The notes: generated by a model not told the origin, from the sequence alone. A DNA stretch of 64,000 nucleotides from a candidate division WOR-3 bacterium (GCA_965648905.1 CBFGIT010000006.1:1-64000), one strand, 5' to 3'; shown: positions 47,935-58,132, numbered from the stretch's first letter. Made by a program: numbers and translations.

Positions 47935-50900
47935 CTAGCGGACTACAAGTTTGCTGCTCAGGGTCTTGTCCTGAGTCGCGAGCTTGCAGAAGTAGACGCC
48001 TTTGGCCACGGCCTGACCGTTGTTGTCGTCCAGGTTCCAGACCAGGCTGTTGACCCCGGCCTTGACCTTGCCATGGAACAACGTGCGGACCAGCCGTCCG
48101 CTCTGGTCATAGACGGCGAGTTGAATTGGCCCGCCCGACGCAACAGCATAGCTGACCTTGGCCTGGAACTGAGCCGGATTGGGCGTGGCCTGCAAAGCCA
48201 CGTGCAGCACCGGAGCAAGCGGGTCCAGCCCGTCGATGCCGGTCGCCCCGCCCGACACGAACATCAGGGCGTTGTGGATGACCAGGGCCCAGTCGCCCTG
48301 ACGCTCCGGCGTCGAGTACGAGCCCGGATACATGTTCGTACCCGCGACCTTCTGATTCGAACTCACGGCCACATAAGGCCGACCATCGCTCCAGCGTGCG
48401 ACCGACTCCGCGGTCGAGATGAACGTGCCTGAGGCCATGAACTGGTCCTGCACCGAGCTGACCCCGGCCATGATTGGATGGGCAGGGTTGGTCCAGCCCA
48501 GTCCTGAGGCCTGGTGGGTGTTCGTGCCCGGGTTGATGGTTGCGTAGGCACCGGTCATGACCCGGCCGGCCATCGCCCAGCCCGAAGTATACGAGAAGTT
48601 GGCAAGCACCACGCCGCCGCCCGCATCAACGTAATCGGCCAGCACGTCGCCCAGCCCGGACGGACTCTGGTAGGGGTAGTTCGAATGGGCGCCGACCGCG
48701 TCGTACGACTGCAACTGCTGCAAGGTCGGGGTCCCGGTCTGACCGTCGAAGTAGTCAACCGAGTCACCCAGGGCCTGGAGTCTGACCCCGAGGGTCGTGT
48801 CAGGGGCGCCGTAGTCAGAGTAGATCCAGAGCACCCGAATCTGCTCGACCGCGGTCGTCGTAATGTGCATGGTATCATTCCGGCGGTTCTCGTCGGGCGG
48901 GCAGTTGTGGAACATCGTCACCAGGTAGCTCGTGCCTGAATCACCGACCTGCCATGAGCTCGGAAACGCCAGGCTGCGTGTTCCCATCTCGGGCACGCTG
49001 TCAACCGCGACCGAGTCGGAGTAGACGCTGGTCCCGGCTGAGTCGATGCGGCAGTATGCCATGAAGCCGCGCTCGGTGTAGTCGGTCGAACGCAACGTGA
49101 TCCGCGGCGTCACCGCGGTGTTGGCCCGCACCCTGGTTCCGATATTTGCACCGGCCACCGACACGTCGTGGCCCCGCGTCGTGGTTGACTTGCGGAGCGT
49201 GTCATTGCGGCGGTTGGTGTCGGGTGAGTAGAAATGCCAGAAGGTCAGGTCATAGGTTTGGGAACCCGGCCCGACGTTCCAGTTCGGGAAGGTCACGGTA
49301 TCGACCCCGGCCGAGTCGAGCAGGGTTATCGTTGCGCTCTGAGTATAAATCGTCGTACCCAGTGATTCGACCTGGCAGTGGACCTGCACGTTCGGCTCGG
49401 GATAGGTTCCCCGGTTCTTGACGATGCAGACCGGAGCCAGCGGCGTGCGCGGCTCGATCTTGTCCAGCGGCGCCACGACCTTGTCCATCGCCACGTCGTG
49501 CCGCGGCCCGGGCAGGGGCGTGTTCTCGATGCAGCGCATCGCATCGATGCGGCCCGTGCCGTAGGTGTTGTTCTTGGGCTGGGTCCCGCGCGGCAGCACC
49601 GAGTTCTGCATTATCTCGTCGACGTCCTCGGGCAGCAGACTCGGGTTCTTCTCCAGCATCAGGGCACAAACCCCGGCCGCGCACGGCGTCGCCATCGAAG
49701 TTCCGGACATCTGGGTATAGCCGCCGCCCAGTCGAGTCGAGGTAATGTCCACACCGGGCGCAGAGAAGCTGGGCTTGAGAAGTCCGGGCGGGTAGTGGTA
49801 GTCAAAGTATGGGTCGATCGTGTCCCAGGTCACCGGGCCCCAGGAAGTGAAAGACGCGTAGTTGTCGTTGTTGTCGGTTGCACCGATTGAGATTGAACCG
49901 GACAGGCCGCCGGTGGTATCGGCCGGATGCTTCCACGGGTCCGGGCAGTGGCCCGGGCAGCGCAGATTGTACGGCGGACTCGAAGAACCCTCGTTGCCCG
50001 CGGCGATGAAGTAAGGCAGGCCTGCGGCCGCGACGTTGGTGACCGCCGCACGCCAGACTGCCTGACGCGGACTCCATGAGCGGATGATCCAGCCGAGGCT
50101 CATGGTCAGCAGGTGCGCGTGATTCGCCGGCGACAAGGGCGGCGCGACGCAGAACTGCATCGAGTTCAGCACGGTGTTCTCGGCAATCGTGTCCGGGTAT
50201 GGCTGGCTGATGCTGGTCTTGGTCCTAGTGCTCATTATCTGCGCTTTCGGAGCCATGCCGGTCGTGTCGCCGCCGGTCCCATTACCGGCAACAGTGCCGC
50301 AGGTGTGCGTGCCGTGGCCGTGCGCGTCCATCGGGTTGTTGTTGTTCTGCTCGAAGTTCCAGCCGTGGTACGGGTAGTTCGGGTCGGTCCACATGTGCCC
50401 GGCCAGATCCGGGTGGGTGTAGTCGCAACCGGTGTCGATGTCGCCGACGATTACGCCTTCGCCGGTGTAGCCGTAGACGTACCAGACCGAATCAGCTTTC
50501 ACCTTGCGCACGTTCCACTCGACCGTGAACGTGCCATCGGTCACGTCCCGGGCACTCGTTGCCGGCGCAAGACCCAGTGCGTTCTCGGTCGGGATGAGGT
50601 CCCACTGCACGAACCAGACCTCGTCCCGGTCGGCCATGCGGTTGATTACCTCGGGCGTTGCTTCGCAGTAGACCGCGTTGACAATCCATAGCGGCCGGAT
50701 TTCAGCGACCTTGCCCGACGCCTCGAACGAGCGCAGCTCGGACAGCAGTCCGGCCTGGTCAAGCGCGGCCATCTCCTTGAGCGCGTTGACCGTGGTTTCC
50801 CAGCGCTGCGGTTTGTCCTTTATCGTCCGGATGATGTTCTCGCCATCGAGCTGGTGCTTGAGGGCAATCAAAACCCCAAGCCGCTCAAGCCCGTCAACAC

Positions 50901-50988
50901 GGGCCATCTGCTCCTTGAGCGCCGGCTCAATCAGTCCGGCTGATGCAAGGGCAGTCACTGCTGCCAGAAGAGACAGCACGTACTTCAT
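47935..50988 (-). CDS. Secreted S8 (subtilisin-like) serine protease with Ig repeats and FlgD-like/sorting C-terminus
   Basis: DTG, HGTH, AAGNEG, SGTSMATP triad motifs; signal peptide; PNP...YDQSGRLVRTL...GVYF...KLVVR. Confidence 0.95.
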   Translation of the reverse strand: MKYVLSLLAAVTALASAGLIEPALKEQMARVDGLERLGVLIALKHQLDGENIIRTIKDKPQRWETTVNALKEMAALDQAGLLSELRSFEASGKVAEIRPLWIVNAVYCEATPEVINRMADRDEVWFVQWDLIPTENALGLAPATSARDVTDGTFTVEWNVRKVKADSVWYVYGYTGEGVIVGDIDTGCDYTHPDLAGHMWTDPNYPYHGWNFEQNNNNPMDAHGHGTHTCGTVAGNGTGGDTTGMAPKAQIMSTRTKTSISQPYPDTIAENTVLNSMQFCVAPPLSPANHAHLLTMSLGWIIRSWSPRQAVWRAAVTNVAAAGLPYFIAAGNEGSSSPPYNLRCPGHCPDPWKHPADTTGGLSGSISIGATDNNDNYASFTSWGPVTWDTIDPYFDYHYPPGLLKPSFSAPGVDITSTRLGGGYTQMSGTSMATPCAAGVCALMLEKNPSLLPEDVDEIMQNSVLPRGTQPKNNTYGTGRIDAMRCIENTPLPGPRHDVAMDKVVAPLDKIEPRTPLAPVCIVKNRGTYPEPNVQVHCQVESLGTTIYTQSATITLLDSAGVDTVTFPNWNVGPGSQTYDLTFWHFYSPDTNRRNDTLRKSTTTRGHDVSVAGANIGTRVRANTAVTPRITLRSTDYTERGFMAYCRIDSAGTSVYSDSVAVDSVPEMGTRSLAFPSSWQVGDSGTSYLVTMFHNCPPDENRRNDTMHITTTAVEQIRVLWIYSDYGAPDTTLGVRLQALGDSVDYFDGQTGTPTLQQLQSYDAVGAHSNYPYQSPSGLGDVLADYVDAGGGVVLANFSYTSGWAMAGRVMTGAYATINPGTNTHQASGLGWTNPAHPIMAGVSSVQDQFMASGTFISTAESVARWSDGRPYVAVSSNQKVAGTNMYPGSYSTPERQGDWALVIHNALMFVSGGATGIDGLDPLAPVLHVALQATPNPAQFQAKVSYAVASGGPIQLAVYDQSGRLVRTLFHGKVKAGVNSLVWNLDDNNGQAVAKGVYFCKLATQDKTLSSKLVVR

Positions 50989-51139
50989 TGGTCAATCCTC
51001 CTGGATTGGTGGTTTGTGTTCGGATCGACAGATGCCAGAACCGTAGTCGCCTCCAGTTGACATCGCCGGTGCTGGTAGTCCAGTAGATAATTCTCCTCTG
51101 GAAACACCCGCAGTCAAGACAAGACATGCGGCACGGGTT

Positions 51140-51167
51140 TTGACTCGGTCTGGAACCAGGCTATATT
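51140..51167 (+). promoter_or_regulatory. sigma70-type promoter, leaderless geometry
   Basis: TTGACT-N16-TATATT, 8 nt before in-frame GTG 51176. Confidence 0.7.
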
Positions 51168-51175
51168 CTCGTACT

Positions 51176-53695
51176 GTGTCCGCCACTCTGTTCGTTCTGG
51201 TCCTGAACCTGGCAGCTCCTGTGGTTCGGTCTCTTCCCGATACGGTCGTCGTCCGCGACTGGGTTGTGTGTGGGCCATTCGCCGTCGGCCCGCGCGAGGG
51301 TACTACGGGCGCGGTCGAAGACCCGACCACGTTCCGGCCGGCCCCGGGCGATACGTTCCGTTCGAGTCTTGTCCAGGGCGGCATTACTGTCGGCCGCAAG
51401 CGGAGCGTTGACTCGCTGGGTTGGCTTGAAACCGGTTATCAGGACGTGCGCTGGGACTCCATCATTCAGTACTACGGCACGGCCGGTATCGTCTGCGCCG
51501 GCTATGCCTATGCCGAGTTTGAATGTTCCTATGCCTGCCGTGGCCTTGCTGTGGCCACCAGGCTGGGCGGGTTTGTGCTCAACGGCAGGAGCTATCTGGG
51601 CGACGTGTACGGCAATGGCTGGTTCCGAACTCCGGTCCAGCTAGACTCTGGCACCAACCGCGTGCTCTTGCGTATCTCGGGCTACGGTGACGAACGGGTT
51701 CGGTTCCAGCTCGTGCCCGTGTCCTCACCGGTCAGCATCGTGAAGCAGGACGTAACCGCGCCGGACATGGTTCCGGACTCTGGCCAGGCAGCCTGGTTCG
51801 GTATCCCGCTTGTGAACAACACGGCTGACCGCATCAGTCAGGTCAGGCTGCAACTGAAGCTTGTGACCGATTCGGTCGTTGCCGAGGCCACTGTCCATGA
51901 CCTGCCCGGTCTCGGGGTGAAGAAAGTTCCGCTCTTTGCCCGATTCCCCTCTTTGCCGTACGACTCGGGCGGTCTGAGGCTCGTGGTCTCTGCCAACCCG
52001 AGTGACACGACAACTGACTTCGGTCATCCGAGCGAGACCCTGTGCCTGCCGTTCCGCAGACCTGACCAGCCGCAACGCCAGACCTTTCTGTCTGCCATCG
52101 ACGGTTCGTGCCAGTACTACGCCGTGACGTACCCTGAAGACTTTGACCCGTCACGCCGCTACCCGGTCATCTTCACCCTGCATGGCGCTGGTGTCGAGGC
52201 CTGGGGCCAGGCCAATGCCTACAAGCAGAAGAACTGGGCCTTTGTCGTCGCGCCAACTAACCGGAGGCCTTACGGGTTCGACTGGCAGGACTGGGGCAGG
52301 CTCGATGCTATCGAAGTGCTTGACACCGTTCTTTCCCGCCTGCCGATTGACCCGGACCGGGTCCTGCTCTGTGGCGGGTCCATGGGCGGGCACGGGTGCT
52401 GGCACGTGGGACTGAATCATCCGGACCGGTTCGCAGTTCTTGCACCTCAGGCCAGTTGGCCCACGCACCAGCTCTACGTGCCGTGGTTCCTGCAACGCAG
52501 TGCCGTTTTCGCTCAGCCGGGCCAGCTTGCGGTCCGCGACCGAGCCCTGCGTTCGGACAACGTGCCGGCCCTGCTCGGCAACGCCCTCAATCTGCCCTGT
52601 TTCATCCTGCACGGCGGTGACGACGACAACGTGCCGACCCTGCACGGCCGGAACTTCGCGCTCTGGCTCGACGAGCTGGGCCAGGAGTTTGTCTACCGTG
52701 AGGTGCCGAATCGCAAGCACTGGTGGACTGACGAGAGTCTCGGCATCACGGTCGCGGACGACACGGCCCTGATGAGCTACATCAAGGACAAGCGACGGGT
52801 TCAGGGCCCGCGCCGTGTCCGGTTCAGGACCGGTGACCTGGGCACGTCCCACCGCGCCTACTGGGCGGACATCGAGCAGGCGAGCACGGTCGGGCAGGAC
52901 GCAGCCATCGAAGCCTGGGCTGATGACTCGACCGTCCGAGTAGTCACGGAGAACGTGGCGCGGTTTCGCCTCAGCCTTGATGGCCTGTCTTTTTCCCGCA
53001 CCCGCATCCGGGTCGAGGTCGATGGTCAACCCATCGGCAGGGCCTTCGAGCTGCCATCACATCCGGCATTTCGGCAGGTCAGTGGTCGATGGTTCGCCGG
53101 CGAAGCGCAGTCCAGTCGTCTGACCAAGACACCGCGGGCCTATGGCCCGTGTAAGCAGGCGATGATGAAACCGTTTGTCCTTGTCTATGGCACGCAGGAC
53201 CCGTCCCTTGCTGACTTCCTGCGTCACACCGCAACCCAGGAAGCACTGCGCTGGTGGTTGATTGCTAACGGCACAACCGAAGTCCTGCCTGACTCCGAAG
53301 TAACCGACTCGATTGTCGCGAGCCGCAACCTCGTTCTGTACGGCGGTCCGAAGGAGAATTCGGCAACGCGGCGCATCGGGTCCGAATTCCCCGTACGGGT
53401 CAGGTCCGGCCACTTGTTCCTCGGCAGAAAGGACCTGGGCGACAGTCTGGCTGCGATGTTCGTCTACCCGAATCCTCTGAACCGCAGCCGCCTGGTACTC
53501 GTGCGCCTGGGCACTGACGCCGAGCACACGCGCCTATCCACGTTCTGGGGCGTGCTCAGTTCGAGCGCCGGCATCCCGGATTTCATGGTCTTTGACAAAC
53601 GGGTGCGCCGATACGGCTGGGCCGGTGTCCGGGCCGCGGGGTTCTTCGGCCCGGACTGGCAGCTCGACCACGGCTCGACGTTCCTGGAACGCTAG
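51176..53695 (+). CDS. Exported alpha/beta hydrolase (S9/esterase-like)
   Basis: LHGAG, GGSMGGHG, HGGDDDNVP, HWW. Confidence 0.85.
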   Translation: MSATLFVLVLNLAAPVVRSLPDTVVVRDWVVCGPFAVGPREGTTGAVEDPTTFRPAPGDTFRSSLVQGGITVGRKRSVDSLGWLETGYQDVRWDSIIQYYGTAGIVCAGYAYAEFECSYACRGLAVATRLGGFVLNGRSYLGDVYGNGWFRTPVQLDSGTNRVLLRISGYGDERVRFQLVPVSSPVSIVKQDVTAPDMVPDSGQAAWFGIPLVNNTADRISQVRLQLKLVTDSVVAEATVHDLPGLGVKKVPLFARFPSLPYDSGGLRLVVSANPSDTTTDFGHPSETLCLPFRRPDQPQRQTFLSAIDGSCQYYAVTYPEDFDPSRRYPVIFTLHGAGVEAWGQANAYKQKNWAFVVAPTNRRPYGFDWQDWGRLDAIEVLDTVLSRLPIDPDRVLLCGGSMGGHGCWHVGLNHPDRFAVLAPQASWPTHQLYVPWFLQRSAVFAQPGQLAVRDRALRSDNVPALLGNALNLPCFILHGGDDDNVPTLHGRNFALWLDELGQEFVYREVPNRKHWWTDESLGITVADDTALMSYIKDKRRVQGPRRVRFRTGDLGTSHRAYWADIEQASTVGQDAAIEAWADDSTVRVVTENVARFRLSLDGLSFSRTRIRVEVDGQPIGRAFELPSHPAFRQVSGRWFAGEAQSSRLTKTPRAYGPCKQAMMKPFVLVYGTQDPSLADFLRHTATQEALRWWLIANGTTEVLPDSEVTDSIVASRNLVLYGGPKENSATRRIGSEFPVRVRSGHLFLGRKDLGDSLAAMFVYPNPLNRSRLVLVRLGTDAEHTRLSTFWGVLSSSAGIPDFMVFDKRVRRYGWAGVRAAGFFGPDWQLDHGSTFLER

Positions 53696-53701
53696 ACGCG
53701 G

Positions 53702-54571
53702 TTGACTACGCTCACGCTCCGCTCTCCGGCCAAGGTCAACCTCGGTCTCTGGGTGGGCCCCATGCGTCCGGACGGGTATCACGACATTGTCACCATCGTC
53801 GCTCCAATCGAGCTCGCCGACACGGTCACAATCAGGCAGATACGATTCGGCGTCGAGGTTCGGTGCGACTCGCCAGTGGTTCCGTCCGACGAGCGCAACC
53901 TTGCCGGGAAGGCTGCCCGAGCTTTCTTTGCGGCAGCCGGCATCAATTCCGGTTGCCGTATCAGCATCCGCAAGAGGATTCCGGTTGGTGGTGGTCTGGG
54001 AGGCGGCTCATCAAATGCGGCCACGACCCTGCTCGGACTCTCCCGCCTGTTTGGGTTTCCCCTGTCCGCGGCTGAGCTCCGTCGCCTCGGAGCAAAGCTC
54101 GGCAGCGATGTCCCGGCGTTCCTCCTGGGTGGTCCCTGCGTCGCCCGCGGCCGCGGGGACAGGCTGCGCCGCATCAGGCTGCCCCACCTGACGCTGCTGC
54201 TGTACTTCCCGGGACACGGGGTCTCGACAGCCTGGGCCTATGCTGCGCTCGACCGCTGGCGCGCGGCCCGCGCGGACTTGACACCGCTGCCGTTTTCGCC
54301 TAGACTTCTCGGCCTCTACCTGAGGCGCAACGAGCCGGACAGGGCCGCTCCGTTGCTGGTCAACAGCTTTGACCCGGTCGTGTTCCGTCGCTACCCGAAG
54401 CTCGAGCGAGCAAGAAGCCTGCTGCTCGCCGGCGGTGCGGACGCAGCGTGCCTTTCCGGTTCCGGCAGTACGGTCTATGGCCTGGTGATGAAGCAGGACT
54501 GGAAAGACCCGATGGCCGAGCTGGCCCGCCACGGTTTCCCCTGTTTCAGAACTACCACCGTACCCGCATAA
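53702..54571 (+). CDS. ispE: 4-diphosphocytidyl-2-C-methyl-D-erythritol kinase
   Basis: PAKVNL, DGYH, KRIPVGGGLGGGSSNAA, GSDVP, LSGSGS. Confidence 0.96.
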   Translation: MTTLTLRSPAKVNLGLWVGPMRPDGYHDIVTIVAPIELADTVTIRQIRFGVEVRCDSPVVPSDERNLAGKAARAFFAAAGINSGCRISIRKRIPVGGGLGGGSSNAATTLLGLSRLFGFPLSAAELRRLGAKLGSDVPAFLLGGPCVARGRGDRLRRIRLPHLTLLLYFPGHGVSTAWAYAALDRWRAARADLTPLPFSPRLLGLYLRRNEPDRAAPLLVNSFDPVVFRRYPKLERARSLLLAGGADAACLSGSGSTVYGLVMKQDWKDPMAELARHGFPCFRTTTVPA

Positions 54572-54594
54572 GATTGTCTGGTCTGATGATGTGT

Positions 54595-54669
54595 TGGGGC
54601 GTCGTTCAACTGGCAGGACCCAGGACTTTGGATCCTGTTATGAAGGTTCGAGTCCTTCCGCCCCAGCCA
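54595..54669 (+). tRNA. tRNA-Gln (anticodon TTG)
   Basis: Acceptor TGGGGCG/CGCCCCA, anticodon arm CAGGA-CTTTGGA-TCCTG, GGTTCGAGTCC T-arm, encoded CCA; usual ispE-tRNA-Gln-prs context. Confidence 0.97.
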
Positions 54670-54709
54670 CGATGAACCGGCCTGTGGCCGGTCAGCAGAG
54701 AAGGCAAAG

Positions 54710-55657
54710 ATGCAAGGACAGATGAAGGTGTTCAGCGGCCGGGCCAACCAGCCCCTGGCCAGGAAAATCTGCGCTCACCTCGACGTGCCCCTGGGCAACG
54801 CCGACATCAGGAACTTCGCCGACGGCGAAATCCGGGTTAACATCCGCGAGAGCGTGCGCGGCAGCGACGCTTTCGTGGTCCAGCCCACCCATCCGCCGGC
54901 CGACAACCTGCTTGAACTATTGCTGATGATCGATGCGCTCAAGCGAGCATCGGCCGGGCGTGTCACCGCGGTCATTCCCTATTACGGCTATGCTCGTCAG
55001 GACCGCAAGGACCAGCCCCGCGTACCGGTTTCGTCCAAGCTCATCGCCAATCTGCTGGAGCGCGCCGGCGCCGACCGGGTCCTGGCCATGGAGCTGCACG
55101 CGGAGCAGATTCAGGCGTTTTTCGACATTCCGGTCGACCATCTGTACTCGACCCCGGTGCTGGTTGACTACCTGAGCAAACGTGACACCGACCGGATGGT
55201 GATTGTGGCTCCGGACACGGGCCGAGCCAACCGTGCCCGCGGTTTCGCCCGACGACTGGGCGACAACATCCCGATCGCCATCATCGACAAACGCCGTCCC
55301 GAGCCCAACCGGGCCGAGGTAATGAACCTGGTCGGTGAAGTCGCCGGCCGCGATGCCCTCATCTTCGACGACATGATTGACACCGGCGGTACGCTGGTCG
55401 GCGCGGCCGATGCGCTGCTCGCGAGCGGCGCGCGCAGCGTTGCCGCGGTCGCAACCCACGGTATCTTCTCCGGCCCGGCGATCGAACGGTTGACAGCGTC
55501 ACGTCTGAGCGAGGTCGTCGTCACCGACACCATCGACCAGTCCCGGTCCAGCCGGGTCGATCGACTCAAGATACTCACCGTCTCAACCCTGCTCGCCGAG
55601 GCAATTCTCAGAACCAATCGCGGCGAGTCGGTCAGTTCGCTTTTCATTGGAACATAA
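54710..55657 (+). CDS. prs: Ribose-phosphate pyrophosphokinase
   Basis: FADGE, PYYGYARQDRK, DKRR, DDMIDTGGT. Confidence 0.98.
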   Translation: MQGQMKVFSGRANQPLARKICAHLDVPLGNADIRNFADGEIRVNIRESVRGSDAFVVQPTHPPADNLLELLLMIDALKRASAGRVTAVIPYYGYARQDRKDQPRVPVSSKLIANLLERAGADRVLAMELHAEQIQAFFDIPVDHLYSTPVLVDYLSKRDTDRMVIVAPDTGRANRARGFARRLGDNIPIAIIDKRRPEPNRAEVMNLVGEVAGRDALIFDDMIDTGGTLVGAADALLASGARSVAAVATHGIFSGPAIERLTASRLSEVVVTDTIDQSRSSRVDRLKILTVSTLLAEAILRTNRGESVSSLFIGT

Positions 55658-55669
55658 GAGAGGAATAAC

Positions 55670-56404
55670 ATGGCATACACAGTCAAAGCCGTTGTCCGTG
55701 TCGAAACCGGCAAGAACCCGGTACGCCGTATGCGACGTGCCGGCAATCTGCCGGCGGTGATGTACGGTCACGGCGACCCTTCCCTGATGCTCACCCTGTC
55801 CGCGCACGCCTTCGACCTCCTGCTTGAAGAACTCAAGGGCCACAGTCCGATTGTCGACGTCGAAATCGACGGCCAGCCGCCGACGAAGTGCGTCATCAAG
55901 ACCATGCAGCGCAACCCGATTACCGGTGCACTGCTGCACGTTGACTTCCAGAAGGTGCACCCGCACGAGAAGATTACCATGAACGTGCCGGTCATTGTCA
56001 AAGGCAGTGCCGAAGGGGTGAAGCAGGGCGGTATGCTCGACCACGTCATGCGCGCCGTGCCGGTCCGGGCGACGATCGACCGAATCCCCGAGCACTTCGA
56101 TGTCGACGTCACCCACCTGAAGATTGGACAGAGCATCCACGTCAAGGACCTTGGCCGACCCGAGCTCGAGTACGGTGTACCGCTTGACTCGTCGGTCGTC
56201 ACCGTCCTCAGTCCGCGCAAACTGACCGAGGTGCCGACTGCCGCCGAAGCCGCGGCCGCTGCCGAAGCCGCCCCGACCGAACCCGAAGTTATCAAGGAGA
56301 AGAAAACCGCTGAGGAAGAGGGAGCCGGGGAAGAAGACAAGGGCAAGGCCAAAGGCGGCAAGGAAGAAAAGAAGCCTGCGACCAAGGAAGAGAAGAAGAA
56401 GTGA
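55670..56404 (+). CDS. rplY: 50S ribosomal protein L25 (Ctc type)
   Basis: PAVMYG, HVDF, GVKQGG, IGQSIHVKDL, Glu/Lys tail. Confidence 0.95.
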   Translation: MAYTVKAVVRVETGKNPVRRMRRAGNLPAVMYGHGDPSLMLTLSAHAFDLLLEELKGHSPIVDVEIDGQPPTKCVIKTMQRNPITGALLHVDFQKVHPHEKITMNVPVIVKGSAEGVKQGGMLDHVMRAVPVRATIDRIPEHFDVDVTHLKIGQSIHVKDLGRPELEYGVPLDSSVVTVLSPRKLTEVPTAAEAAAAAEAAPTEPEVIKEKKTAEEEGAGEEDKGKAKGGKEEKKPATKEEKKK

Positions 56405-56489
56405 GCCGAACTTCTGGTTACCGGTCCCCGATTGCCGGCTGGCAGAACTCAGGCTGGGCAATGCTGCTTGAGGATTGGGGCTTCCCTGC

Positions 56490-57086
56490 TTGACGATCTT
56501 CGGCCTCGGTAACCCTGGTGAACGGTACGCGCGTACCCGGCATAACATTGGTTTCATGGTAGTCGATGTCCTGTCTCGACGGCTGCACGCGCGCTTTCGG
56601 CATCAGCCGGGCTGTCTGGTGGCCCGTAAGGAACACGCCGGTCGCCCGCTGGTGCTCGTCAAGCCGCTGCGCTACATGAACGAGTCGGGCGTGGTCGTGA
56701 AAGAACAACTAACCCGGGAGCCAGATGAATTCCTCGCGGTATGCGATGACCTGGCCCTGCCGTTTGGTCGGCTGCGCCTGCGGCCCAAGGGCTCAGACGG
56801 CGGCCACAAAGGTCTCGGCTCAATCATCTATCACCTGGGTCGAACCGACTTCGCGCGTCTGCGTATCGGCATCGACGCGCCCGGGCCTGGTGAGGACGGC
56901 ATCGACTATGTGCTCAACGACTTCCCCAGTGAGCAGGCAGCCCGGCTGCCTGAGGTGCTCGACCGCGCGGCCGACGCCTGCCTTACCGTTGTCACCGGCG
57001 GACTCGAACTGGCCATGAACCGCTTCAACCCGTCCCTTGACGCCGAGTCAAGCGAGTCGTCCGGCGTGGAGCGTCCGGTATCATGA
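56490..57086 (+). CDS. pth: Peptidyl-tRNA hydrolase
   Basis: GLGNPG..YARTRHNIGF, YMNESG, DD, GGHKG, RLRIGI. Confidence 0.96.
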   Translation: MTIFGLGNPGERYARTRHNIGFMVVDVLSRRLHARFRHQPGCLVARKEHAGRPLVLVKPLRYMNESGVVVKEQLTREPDEFLAVCDDLALPFGRLRLRPKGSDGGHKGLGSIIYHLGRTDFARLRIGIDAPGPGEDGIDYVLNDFPSEQAARLPEVLDRAADACLTVVTGGLELAMNRFNPSLDAESSESSGVERPVS

Positions 57087-58132
57087 AAGTCGGCATCGTC
57101 GGCCTGCCCAATGTCGGCAAGTCCTCGCTCTTCAACCTGCTGACCGCGGGCTCGGCCAAGGTCGACCTTTACCCGTTCACGACCATCGACCAGAACGTTG
57201 GGGTCGTGTTCGTGCCGGACGAACGGTTGGAGCGCATCGGCGAAATCCTCAAACCCGAGAAGCTCACCCCGGCGCACGTTGACTTCGTTGACATCGCCGG
57301 GCTGGTGAAGGGTGCGAGTGCCGGTGAAGGACTGGGCAACCGGTTTCTCGCTCATATCCGCGAAGCCGACATCATCCTGCACATCGTGCGCAACTTCGCA
57401 TCGGCCGACATTCCTCACGTTTTCGACTCGGTGGACCCGGACCGGGACGCGTCCATCGTCGAGGCCGAGCTGGCCCTTGCCGACCTGGTGATTGTCCAGA
57501 AACGACTCGAACACGTTCGCAAGGAACCCAAGTCATCGGAGCAGCAACTTCTGCTCCACGCACTCGAGTCTGCGTACTCCGCCCTTGGGTCCGGTAATGC
57601 GCCCGAGCTCGACCCGGAGCAGCGCCAGGCGCTCAAGGGGCTCGGCCTGATTACGGTCAAGCCGGTTGTCTATGCGGTCAACTGCTCGGACTCGGTGCCG
57701 GCCAACCCGGCGACGTTTCCGCGCACCGCGGCCCGCACCAACCTGCTCTTCTCGGCCGCGCTTGAGGTCGGCATGGCTACGTTCGACGAGCCGGACAAGG
57801 TTGAACTGCGCTTGAGCCTTGGGCTCGCGTCTGAAGGCCCCTCCGGGATTGTCGCCCGGTGCTTTGTCGCCCTTGACCTGATTCGATTCTACACCGTGAA
57901 GGGTCCGGAGTCGCGGGCCTGGGCCGCGCCGCGCGGCACGACCGCGGTCGAAGCTGCCGCGATGATTCATACCGACCTGGCCCGAGGCTTCATCAAAGCG
58001 GACGTTGTCACCTACCACGACCTGGTCACCGGCGGCGACTTCCATGCCTGCCGGGACTCAGGCCGCGTCAAGACCGAAGGCCCCGGCTACGTTGTTCAGG
58101 ACGGCGACGTCCTGCTCATCAAATTCAAGTGA
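57083..58132 (+). CDS. ychF: Obg-like ATPase YchF
   Basis: GLPNVGKS, YPFTTI, DIAGLVKGAS.GEGLGNRFL, IHTDL.RGFI. Confidence 0.95.
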   Translation: MKVGIVGLPNVGKSSLFNLLTAGSAKVDLYPFTTIDQNVGVVFVPDERLERIGEILKPEKLTPAHVDFVDIAGLVKGASAGEGLGNRFLAHIREADIILHIVRNFASADIPHVFDSVDPDRDASIVEAELALADLVIVQKRLEHVRKEPKSSEQQLLLHALESAYSALGSGNAPELDPEQRQALKGLGLITVKPVVYAVNCSDSVPANPATFPRTAARTNLLFSAALEVGMATFDEPDKVELRLSLGLASEGPSGIVARCFVALDLIRFYTVKGPESRAWAAPRGTTAVEAAAMIHTDLARGFIKADVVTYHDLVTGGDFHACRDSGRVKTEGPGYVVQDGDVLLIKFK

